NCBI GenBank assembly: GCA_021160575.1
Contig: JAGHCH010000061.1
Location: forward strand, 1 to 37,674
DNA length: 37,674 bases
Direction of reading: 5' to 3'
DNA from: Thermoproteota archaeon
Lineage (GTDB): Archaea > Thermoproteota > Methanomethylicia > Methanomethylicales > JAGHCH01
Positions 9,272-17,133 of this stretch are shown here, piece after piece. The notes under the pieces were generated by a model, which had not been told where the DNA came from, made no database searches, and saw only the letters and a list, made by a program, of their open reading frames with translations. The position numbers and the translations under genes were made by a program. Positions within the stretch are counted from its first letter, which is position 1. Every line of letters starts with the position of its first letter.

Positions 9272-10066
9272 ATGGTGTTGCCATTGACTTCGAGGGATCT
9301 AATAAAGCGATCCCTCACAGTGGAGATCTCAGCTATACTCACCTTTCTCGCTCTATGGGAGGCAGTGGCTAGGTTCAAGCTATTGCCTGCTTATGCTCTC
9401 CCATCGATAGAGGAGGTTGTAGCAGCCCTCTACAGCCAGGCAGCCCTTGGGAATCTAACCTATGCCTTACCCCACAGTCTCCTCCACCTAGCTTTAGGTT
9501 TCGCCGCAGCCTTTGCAGTAGCCTTGCCTTTAGGCATGGCTATGGGCTGGTATAGAACTGCTCAACGCTTCTTTGAACCTCTCATCGGGATCTTCAGACC
9601 AATTCCGCCAATAGCATGGATTCCCTTCGCCCTCCTCTTTTTTGTCTCCCTTCTCCAAGCTTCAGCCTTCATTATCTTCATAGGCGCCTTCTTCCCCTTG
9701 GTCACTAACATCTTCTTTGGCTTCCGCAATGTTCCTAAGCAGCTGGCCGAGATAGCTCACTCCTTCGGAGCATCTGAGAGGGAGATTCTCCTGAAAGTAG
9801 CTTTTCCCTCAGCTCTACCCTCAGTACTCACTGGAGTGAAAGTAGGGCTGGGAGTGGCTTGGATGTGCGTGGTTGCGGCGGAGATGTTTGGCGCCCCAGG
9901 TTTAGGCTTCATGATCATGCAGATGCGTTACGTACACGATATAGCTGGCGTGGTAGCCTACATGGCGGTCATAGGTGCACTAGGCCTTCTTCTTGAGTTC
10001 CTAGTCAAACTTCTCGAACGCAAGCTCCTCAAGTGGAAAATCGGGCTAGTAGCGGAGGGAATCTAA
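9272..10066 (+). CDS. ABC transporter permease, NitT/TauT/SsuC family
   Basis: Multiple TM helices, RPIPPIAWIP, EAA-like loop (AHSFGASE) and WMCVVAAEM. Confidence 0.92.
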   Translation: MVLPLTSRDLIKRSLTVEISAILTFLALWEAVARFKLLPAYALPSIEEVVAALYSQAALGNLTYALPHSLLHLALGFAAAFAVALPLGMAMGWYRTAQRFFEPLIGIFRPIPPIAWIPFALLFFVSLLQASAFIIFIGAFFPLVTNIFFGFRNVPKQLAEIAHSFGASEREILLKVAFPSALPSVLTGVKVGLGVAWMCVVAAEMFGAPGLGFMIMQMRYVHDIAGVVAYMAVIGALGLLLEFLVKLLERKLLKWKIGLVAEGI

Positions 10067-10815
10067 TGAAACCAGAGATTATTGCTGATTCTCTCGTGAA
10101 GAGGTTCAACGATCTTTTGGTGTTAAACCACGTATCCTTCAATGTTTATCCCGGTGAGTTTCTCTGCATTGTTGGCCCCTCCGGATGCGGCAAATCTACA
10201 CTTATCAGAATTTTATTAGGGCTCGAGAAACCTGATGAAGGTCGCGTGGAAATCCATGGACATTCTCCAAATCCAAGGATGTGCAAGTGCATAGGCTACG
10301 TCCCACAAGATGACGCGCTCTTCCCGTGGAGAACAGTGCTCAAAAATGTGCTCTTCGGCTTAGAGCTGAAAAACGAAAACGGGGAAAAAGCTCTCGAAAA
10401 GGCCCACCAAACCATAAAGATGGTAGGTCTCTCCGGGTTTGAAAACTACTATCCTCACCAGCTCTCAGGAGGTATGCGGAAACGAGTAGCGCTTGCCAGA
10501 GCCGTAGCCGTTGATCCCCAAATACTACTCATGGACGAGCCTTTTGCCAACATCGATGCCCAGACGCGGGCCCTCCTTCAAGTGGAGCTCATGAACATAT
10601 GGTCTAGGCTGAGAAAGACGGTGGTCTTTGTTACTCACAACGTTGAAGAAGCAGTGTTCCTAGCCGATAGGGTTCTGGTTCTCACCAAGAGGCCAGCCAA
10701 GGTGAAGGCTGAGATCCCTATAGAGCTTCCACGCCCCAGAAAGCGGTTAAGCCCACAGTTTATTTCTGTTAGAGAACGCATCATAAGAATGCTAAAAGAG
10801 GAAGTTTCAATATAA
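10066..10815 (+). CDS. ABC transporter ATP-binding protein, NitT/TauT/SsuB family
   Basis: GPSGCGKST, LFPWRTV, YPHQLSGGM, LLMDEPF and VTHNVEEAVFLADR. ATG 10066 overlaps the permease stop. Confidence 0.93.
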   Translation: MKPEIIADSLVKRFNDLLVLNHVSFNVYPGEFLCIVGPSGCGKSTLIRILLGLEKPDEGRVEIHGHSPNPRMCKCIGYVPQDDALFPWRTVLKNVLFGLELKNENGEKALEKAHQTIKMVGLSGFENYYPHQLSGGMRKRVALARAVAVDPQILLMDEPFANIDAQTRALLQVELMNIWSRLRKTVVFVTHNVEEAVFLADRVLVLTKRPAKVKAEIPIELPRPRKRLSPQFISVRERIIRMLKEEVSI

Positions 10816-10874
10816 CACATACTTCACTTTTCATTAATTAGTGGGTTTTAAAGAATCTGATTTTTACTAAAAGT

Positions 10875-10892
10875 GGGCGAAAGCTATTTAGT
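10875..10892 (+). promoter_or_regulatory. Putative BRE/TATA promoter of mcrBGA
   Basis: GGGCGAAAG followed by CTATTTAG about 60 nt upstream of the proposed mcrB start; weak match. Confidence 0.3.
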
Positions 10893-10949
10893 CTAAGCTC
10901 GCCTCTAATGGATTACTGCCAGAAAGGCGTTTTAAAGAGGGAAGATATC

Positions 10950-12281
10950 TTGCCTAGGTACCCTGATAAAATAGACCTCTATGACGACCGTGGTAACCTC
11001 GTTGACACCAATGTGCCTCTTGAGGCCATTAGCCCTCTTCTGAACCCGGCTATCAAGCAGATGGTGCAGCTCATCAAGAGGTGTGTCGTCGTTGACCTCG
11101 AGGGTCTTGAAAAGGCTTTGGCCACTGGCGCTGTAGGTGGCGCTCGATGCATAGTGGCTGGTCGTTCTCTAAAGCTAGACCTAGTGGCAAACGCTGAAGC
11201 CATTGCTGACAAACTGGCTGAGTGCATTCGCGTGAAGCCAGACGACGACACTGAGGTCAAGGTCATAAGGGGAGGCAAGACCCTTCTAGTCTACGTCCCT
11301 AGCACAAGGTTCGAGGCTGGCGTTGAGTACACCACTGGCTGCACCACGGTTGCCGCTGGCCTTTGCTACACCATTATTGAGATGTTCAACGTAGACCTCT
11401 TCGACGCAGATCTTATCCACACTGCGGTCTGGGGTAGGCATCCGCAGACCGTAGATATGCTCGGCGGCTTCGTGAAGATGCTCTTAGCGATGCCTCAGGC
11501 AAATGAGGGTCCCGGCTATGCTCTGAGAAACGTCCCTGTAGCCCACTTGGCCATTATCACTAGGAAGAACGCCATGAATGCCGCTGCTCTAGCCTCAATC
11601 TTGGAGCACACTGCAGCTTTCGAGATGGGCGACGCCATCGGGCCCTTCGAGAGGCTTCACCTCCTAGGCCTAGCTTATCAAGGCTTAAATGCCAACAACA
11701 TGGTCTACGATCTAGTTAAGGAGAATGGCAACGGCACTCTAGGCGACGTTGTCCGATCCACTGTGAGGCGCGCTGTTGAGGATGGTGTGATCAGACCTCT
11801 TAAGAAGCTGTCTTCTGGCTATACCGTCTACACAACCGATGACCTACCGCTGTGGAATGCCTATGCCGCTGCTGGCCTCATGGCTGGAACCATGGTAGTC
11901 TGCGGTGCAGCTAGGGCGATGCAGCATATACCTTCAGTCATGATATACTTCAACGATCTAATTGAGAGGGAGACTGGTCTCCCCGGCGTAGACTTCGGCA
12001 GAGTTGCCGGAACAGGTGTGGAGATGAGCTTCTTCAGCCACTCCATCTACGGCGGAGGCAACCCCGTGGTCTTCCACGGCAACCACATTGTCACAAGGCA
12101 CTCAAAGGGCTTCGTCATCCCATGCGCCGCAGCTGCAGTAGCCCTAGATGCTGGAACAGTGGGCTTCACACCAGAGAGAGTTAGCGGAGTAGTCGGTGAG
12201 GCTCTAGGCGAGGTGCCTCTACTCAGAGAGCCTCTAAAGCATGTAGCTCAAGCAGCTTCTCAAATTAAGGGGGAGATATGA
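10950..12281 (+). CDS. mcrB: Methyl-coenzyme M reductase beta subunit
   Basis: DKIDLYDDRG, LEAISPL.NPAI, EGPGYALRN, GPFERLHLLGLAYQGLNANN and SFFSHSIYGGG (active-site Tyr). Start set to TTG 10950 after GAGGG. Confidence 0.97.
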   Translation: MPRYPDKIDLYDDRGNLVDTNVPLEAISPLLNPAIKQMVQLIKRCVVVDLEGLEKALATGAVGGARCIVAGRSLKLDLVANAEAIADKLAECIRVKPDDDTEVKVIRGGKTLLVYVPSTRFEAGVEYTTGCTTVAAGLCYTIIEMFNVDLFDADLIHTAVWGRHPQTVDMLGGFVKMLLAMPQANEGPGYALRNVPVAHLAIITRKNAMNAAALASILEHTAAFEMGDAIGPFERLHLLGLAYQGLNANNMVYDLVKENGNGTLGDVVRSTVRRAVEDGVIRPLKKLSSGYTVYTTDDLPLWNAYAAAGLMAGTMVVCGAARAMQHIPSVMIYFNDLIERETGLPGVDFGRVAGTGVEMSFFSHSIYGGGNPVVFHGNHIVTRHSKGFVIPCAAAAVALDAGTVGFTPERVSGVVGEALGEVPLLREPLKHVAQAASQIKGEI

Positions 12282-12282
12282 A

Positions 12283-13059
12283 ATGTCCGAGTGGAAGCCT
12301 CAATTTTACCCAGGTCAGAGCTCCATAGCCGCCAATCGCAGAAAGTATATTGACCCGTCCTTCCGGCCTAGGAAAATACGCTCGGTAAGCGACGAAGATA
12401 TCGTCAAGCTGCTAGGGCACCGAGCTCCCGGAGAAGCCTACAGATCGGTCCATCCACCACTCGAGGAGATGGGAGAGCCAGATTGTCCAATACGAAAGCT
12501 AGTAACACCGACTCCTGGTGCCAAGGCAGGTGACAGAATTCGATATATACAGTTCACTGACTCCGTATACTTCTCGCCACTAGTTCCATACATGAGGGCT
12601 TGGGTGGGCCATTCAAGGTACCGTGGCGTGGACATAGGTGTCCTATCTGGAAGAAGCCCCCTTGAGGCCAGAGAAAGGGACGTGGAAATAATTGCAAAGG
12701 AGTTCATAGAGACCGAATGGTTTGATGCTGCTAGGACTGCTGTCAGAGGCGCTACTGTGCACGGGCACTCTCTTAGGCTAGATGAGAACGGCTTAATGTT
12801 CGATGCCCTACGAAGATACGTCTACGACAAAGAGACAGGTGAAGTTGTCTACGTAAAGGATCAAGTAGGTGTGCCACTAGACAAGCCTATCTCCGTAGGT
12901 AAGCCGCTGCCTGAAGAAGAGCTTAAGAAGGTCACAACTACCTTCCGTGTGGACGGCGTGCCTTTCAGAGAGGACAAGGAGCTCATTGAGTTTGTCCAGC
13001 GTGTTCATGAGCTTAGAACAAGAGCTGGCTTCAACCCTGAGAAAGTAAAAGGTATTTAG
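12283..13059 (+). CDS. mcrG: Methyl-coenzyme M reductase gamma subunit
   Basis: [42 protein letters not shown] and [20 protein letters not shown]. Confidence 0.97.
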   Translation: MSEWKPQFYPGQSSIAANRRKYIDPSFRPRKIRSVSDEDIVKLLGHRAPGEAYRSVHPPLEEMGEPDCPIRKLVTPTPGAKAGDRIRYIQFTDSVYFSPLVPYMRAWVGHSRYRGVDIGVLSGRSPLEARERDVEIIAKEFIETEWFDAARTAVRGATVHGHSLRLDENGLMFDALRRYVYDKETGEVVYVKDQVGVPLDKPISVGKPLPEEELKKVTTTFRVDGVPFREDKELIEFVQRVHELRTRAGFNPEKVKGI

Positions 13060-13099
13060 AGTCATGGTTAAAAGTAGGGGAAGGAGGGAAAGATCGAAA

Positions 13100-14794
13100 A
13101 TGAGTGCTCGAGGCCCTGAATATTACACAGACAGGGAGAAGATGTTCCTCTTCGCGCTGAGGAGGAAGTTCAAGGAGAAGCCTGAAGAGCGCTACACCAA
13201 GTTCTACATCTATGGAGGCTGGCAGCAGTCAAAGCGCAAGCGCGAGTTCGTCGAGTGGGCTAAGAAGTTGGAGAAGGAGAGAGGCATACCCTTCTACAAC
13301 CCAGACCTACACCTAGGAGGTATCCCCGTAGGTCAAAGAGTCCTCATGAGCTACCAGCTCTCAGGCACCGACATCTTCTGCGACTGTGACGACCTCCACT
13401 TCTGCAATAACGCCGCCATGATGCAGATGTGGTGGGACATCCGCAGAACAGTCATTGTAGGGCTAGACATGGCTCATACCATCCTAGAGAAGAGGCTGGG
13501 CAAGGAGGTCACCCCTGAGACAATCAACCACTACTTAGAAGTTCTGAACCACGCTCTGCCTGGTGCAGCTGTAGTGCAAGAGCACATGGTTGAGATTCAC
13601 CCCGCCATAGTAGCCGACAGCTATGTGAAGGTCTTCACTGGAGACGACGAGCTGGCCGACGAGATTGATGATAGATTCCTCATTGATATCAACAAGGAGT
13701 TCCCGCCAGAGCATGCTGAGCAGCTCAAGAAGGCTATCGGCAAGAGGCTCTATCAAGTCCTTAGAATGCCCACCATCGTAGCCATGACCTGCGATGGAGG
13801 CACAATGTACAGATGGGCTGCTATGCAAATCTCGATGTCAATGATCAACTCCTACAAGCTGATGGCTGGAGAGTCAGCCATCGCAGAGTTCGCCTACGCT
13901 GCCAAGCACGCTGAGGTCATTGTTATGGGCACGCCCATGCCCTGGAGAAGAATTAGATCACCCAATGAGCCTGGAGGCATACCTCTAGGCTACATCGCCG
14001 ACATCTGCCAAGCTTCAAGGGTGCGCCCAGACGACCCAACATGGGTTGCCCTAGAAGTCATCTCAATGGCCGCCGTGCTCTACGACCAGTTCTGGTTCGG
14101 CAGCTACATGAGCGGAGGCGTAGGCTTCACCCAGTACGCCACCGCAACCTACACTGACAACATCCTAGACGACTACTGCTACTACGGAGCCGACTACGTC
14201 CAGAAGAAGTATGGAGGCTTCGCCAAGGCTAAGCCAAGCTTCGACGTCATCAAGGATGTAGCCACCGAGGTCACCCTCTACGGCCTAGAGCAGTACGAGC
14301 TTTATCCATCGCTGATGGAGACCCACTTCGGAGGCAGCCAGAGAGCCGCCGTAGTCGCAGCTGGCGCCGGAGTCTCCGTATCTCTAGCTACTGGCCACGC
14401 TACCGCCGGAGTGAATGGCTGGTATCTGAGCCAGCTCCTCCACAAGGAATCCATGGGCAGACTGGGCTTCTACGGCTACGACTGCCAGGACCAGTGCGGT
14501 TCAGCTAACAGCTTCAGCTGGAGAAGCGACGAGGGCCTGATGTTCGACCTCAGAGGCGTCAACTACCCGAACTACGCCATGAACGTAGGACACCAGTCCG
14601 CCTACGGAGGCATCGTCTCAGCGGCTCACGGCGCAAGAGGCGACGCTTGGTGTGTCAACCCGCTAATCAAGGTGGCCTTCGCCGACAAGAACCTCAAGTT
14701 CGACTTCACCAGGCCGCGCTACTGCTTCGGCAAGGGCGCTATCAGGGAGTTCCTACCAGCAGGGCTGCTAGATCCGATCATCCCGCCGCACTAA
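13100..14794 (+). CDS. mcrA: Methyl-coenzyme M reductase alpha subunit
   Basis: GAAVVQEHM (F430 axial Gln), [43 protein letters not shown] and [12 protein letters not shown]. Start ATG 13100 after GGAGG. Confidence 0.98.
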   Translation: MSARGPEYYTDREKMFLFALRRKFKEKPEERYTKFYIYGGWQQSKRKREFVEWAKKLEKERGIPFYNPDLHLGGIPVGQRVLMSYQLSGTDIFCDCDDLHFCNNAAMMQMWWDIRRTVIVGLDMAHTILEKRLGKEVTPETINHYLEVLNHALPGAAVVQEHMVEIHPAIVADSYVKVFTGDDELADEIDDRFLIDINKEFPPEHAEQLKKAIGKRLYQVLRMPTIVAMTCDGGTMYRWAAMQISMSMINSYKLMAGESAIAEFAYAAKHAEVIVMGTPMPWRRIRSPNEPGGIPLGYIADICQASRVRPDDPTWVALEVISMAAVLYDQFWFGSYMSGGVGFTQYATATYTDNILDDYCYYGADYVQKKYGGFAKAKPSFDVIKDVATEVTLYGLEQYELYPSLMETHFGGSQRAAVVAAGAGVSVSLATGHATAGVNGWYLSQLLHKESMGRLGFYGYDCQDQCGSANSFSWRSDEGLMFDLRGVNYPNYAMNVGHQSAYGGIVSAAHGARGDAWCVNPLIKVAFADKNLKFDFTRPRYCFGKGAIREFLPAGLLDPIIPPH

Positions 14795-14836
14795 AGGGTT
14801 TCTTTTAAATTCTCCAGTTTCCCTTTTCTTGTTTTT
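14795..14836 (+). terminator. Putative oligo-T archaeal terminator after mcrA
   Basis: TTTCTTTT...TTTCCCTTTTCTTGTTTTT immediately after the stop codon. Confidence 0.5.
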
Positions 14837-15469
14837 ATGAACTCAAATCCAGCAATTGACGGTCTCAGACGCATTTTAAGGATAGTTAAAGATCTAGCTA
14901 GCCTGGCCTCTTCCTCTAATTTCAGAGAGGAGGCATCAAGGAGGTACCCTGAGTTTCCCAGCATCGCAGCTCACATCGCGGAGCAGTTTGCTGAAGAATG
15001 CGTCCTTGAAGCCGTACCCCGCATCGAGAGGCAACTGGAGATTGTAGAGAAGTACATGCCTCCTGTGAGGCCAGCTCTGGATCCCATCGCTGGCCTAGAA
15101 CTCGGCATCTATTCAAGGCTCTTTAGCGATCGTGAGATAGGTTTCTTCATGGGTTATCCCGGCTGCTGCGTAGAGAAGTTCGCCAGCGAGCTTCAGATAG
15201 GCTTCACTAAGCAGCACGTGGGGGAACTCGCCGAAGTGCTGAGTGAAAACCAAGTGCTAGTTATTACAGCTGGTTTCATCCCATGCAGCCTAAAGTGTGT
15301 CAAAGCTCGAGAGAAAGGTCTACTGGCGGTTGTTAGCAAAGAGGAGGTATCCCGACTCGAAGAGCTGGAGAAAGAGCTCTATCATGAGCTACCCCACTTC
15401 CACTACGAGTACATGGAGCATTACTACGAATACCTCAGGAAAACCTCGCCTCCACCAACCATAATCTAA
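14837..15469 (+). CDS. DUF483-like protein
   Basis: QLEIVEKYMPPVRPALDP, EIG..MGYPGCCVEKF, GFIPCSLKC and LPHFH..Y. Confidence 0.75.
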   Translation: MNSNPAIDGLRRILRIVKDLASLASSSNFREEASRRYPEFPSIAAHIAEQFAEECVLEAVPRIERQLEIVEKYMPPVRPALDPIAGLELGIYSRLFSDREIGFFMGYPGCCVEKFASELQIGFTKQHVGELAEVLSENQVLVITAGFIPCSLKCVKAREKGLLAVVSKEEVSRLEELEKELYHELPHFHYEYMEHYYEYLRKTSPPPTII

Positions 15470-15492
15470 GCATAGCGACCTCCGCTCTTTTC

Positions 15493-15910
15493 TCAATGCT
15501 TAAACCTCTGAAAAACCTTCTTCAGCCTGTCCACTCCGCGCTTTATCTGATAGTCCCAGTAAACCATGTGGATATGCCAAAGACCTTCGGCAAGGAGTGT
15601 GCTTCAAGTCCATCAAAAACAGCTATGTCCCCAGCCTCTCTAAGCTGCAGCTTTTCCTTTCTCTACTGATATCTGCTACATAATGGGCGAACTCGCGGCT
15701 ATGATAGTTTGAGAAAGATCTCTCGGGCGTACGCGTATTGCCTTCCCTCATCTGCTGTAGAAGGCTGGGCAGCTCAGGCGCACATGCTCTGGAAGGTTCT
15801 TGAAAGGCTCATTACTTATAATGAGCTTAGACCCCAGCACCCTGCGTCCTTAGCTGGTCAAGTCAAATACTCTTGAGCACGTTCCTCACTGAACAGCTGA
15901 TTTTCATGAG
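15493..15910 (-). pseudogene. Probable eroded gene of unknown family
   Basis: Hand translation gives protein-like segments in changing frames (REFAHYVADISR / KEKLQLREAGDIAVFDGLEA / TLLAEGLWHIHMVYWDYQIKRGVDRLKKVFQRFKH*) in the only ~0.5 kb gap of the window. Confidence 0.4.
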
Positions 15911-16000
15911 CAAACCCTACAGAGCGATACTTTTTTAAAAAGCTGGAATCGATCTCCAGGCCTTTTCTGAATATCATCCGCAATATGTTTCAATGTATAA

Positions 16001-17032
16001 CTATAGGGGCGTTTTAGTAGTCAAATTTACAGCGATCTCCGCTATACCTGCCGAGTATTCGGATACACGCCTTATACTTTCAAGTATCATCCTCAAGGCT
16101 GCTACTTCTCGTGCGTTAAACTTTCCTTTTTCGAGGATTTCAGCCACTAAGCGCTCTTCCCTCATTCTAACCTTTTCTCTAGCCTTAATCGCTTGGTCAG
16201 CTCTAGCGACGTCCCTACCAATAACCGCATCAACCGAGTACTTTAACGCTTCCAATGCATTGTTCACATAGTCCTCCAGCTCTTCCAATAGATTCTCACT
16301 AACTGGTCTACGGATGATCTCCAGTAAGCTCTTACATACAACTACTGCATGATCTGCTACTCTCTCTAAGTGCCTAATCACAAGTCTAAACTCTAAACAA
16401 TCTCTAAGCTCATGCAAGCCTATCTCATGCAGTAGCTCTGGAGAGCGTATAGCTAATGTCAACTGCCGAGTAGCAAGCATGTACAGCCTGTCCACTTCAT
16501 CATCACGATTCATAATCTCCTTCAAGAGTTCCGCGTTTCTCATCTTAAATGCTTTCAAAGCGTCTAAGTACATATGTGTAGCCAGCGAGGCCATTCTTTG
16601 AACAGTTTTTACCACTGGAAAATCCACATGATGAATAAACACTTGCAGGACAAGCTTCTCCATAGTCTCTTCAACTAACTCTACTCCAATTAATGTTCTC
16701 TTGATGATGGTTTTCACCCTCTCAACGCATCTTGGTGGAATCCCCTTGTTTAGCGATGTAACCTCGATGGTGTTGTACCCCGCAATATATGCAGCTACAA
16801 CAAGCCTAGCCAAGGAATCTGGATCATCTTCTGTTACATTGATTCTGGTTAGCTTATCTTTCAATGAAGGGGCTTTCATAGAAGGTGATATCAACAAGGA
16901 GCCATCGGGCAATTCACGGACAAGTAAGATATCCCCCGGCTTTACACCCCTCTTATTTGCCCAGTTCTTAGGCAGCGATATGATATATGTTGCTCCTCCT
17001 GTCAGTTGAACTCTGCGAATGGTCTCCTCCAT
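16001..17032 (-). CDS. phoU: Archaeal phosphate uptake regulator PhoU with N-terminal AbrB domain
   Basis: RRVQLTGGATYIISLPKNW (AbrB), DDEVDRLY, LERVADHA and ESIRRVSEY PhoU repeats; divergent from pstS. Confidence 0.92.
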   Translation of the reverse strand: MEETIRRVQLTGGATYIISLPKNWANKRGVKPGDILLVRELPDGSLLISPSMKAPSLKDKLTRINVTEDDPDSLARLVVAAYIAGYNTIEVTSLNKGIPPRCVERVKTIIKRTLIGVELVEETMEKLVLQVFIHHVDFPVVKTVQRMASLATHMYLDALKAFKMRNAELLKEIMNRDDEVDRLYMLATRQLTLAIRSPELLHEIGLHELRDCLEFRLVIRHLERVADHAVVVCKSLLEIIRRPVSENLLEELEDYVNNALEALKYSVDAVIGRDVARADQAIKAREKVRMREERLVAEILEKGKFNAREVAALRMILESIRRVSEYSAGIAEIAVNLTTKTPL

Positions 17033-17058
17033 GATATCGTCTCCATATTTTATACATG

Positions 17059-17098
17059 ATCTATATAGCCTATCTAAAATAGTGTGGCAATCTATATA
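17059..17098. promoter_or_regulatory. Repeated ATCTATATA elements in the phoU-pstS divergent promoter
   Basis: ATCTATATA at 17059 and 17090, with variant ATCTAAAAT at 17072. Confidence 0.35.
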
Positions 17099-17133
17099 AA
17101 TCCATTGTCTCCGCCTTCTCCCGGGGATAAAAC

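Noticed and set aside
10908-10949. N-terminal extensions of McrB (and McrA 13064-13099)
   Set aside because: SD-like motifs lie inside the extensions, just before the downstream starts that match normal N-termini.
14324-14400. ANME-1-type McrA with methylthio-F430
   Set aside because: Gln is retained in GGSQRA and the ANME-1 Val plus Cys-rich patch is absent here.
10950-14794. Alkyl-coenzyme M reductase (ethane/butane or long-chain alkane type)
   Set aside because: The pocket residues (alpha GFTQY Phe/Tyr, GFYG Phe, beta FFSHSIY) are all canonical and no large insertions are evident.
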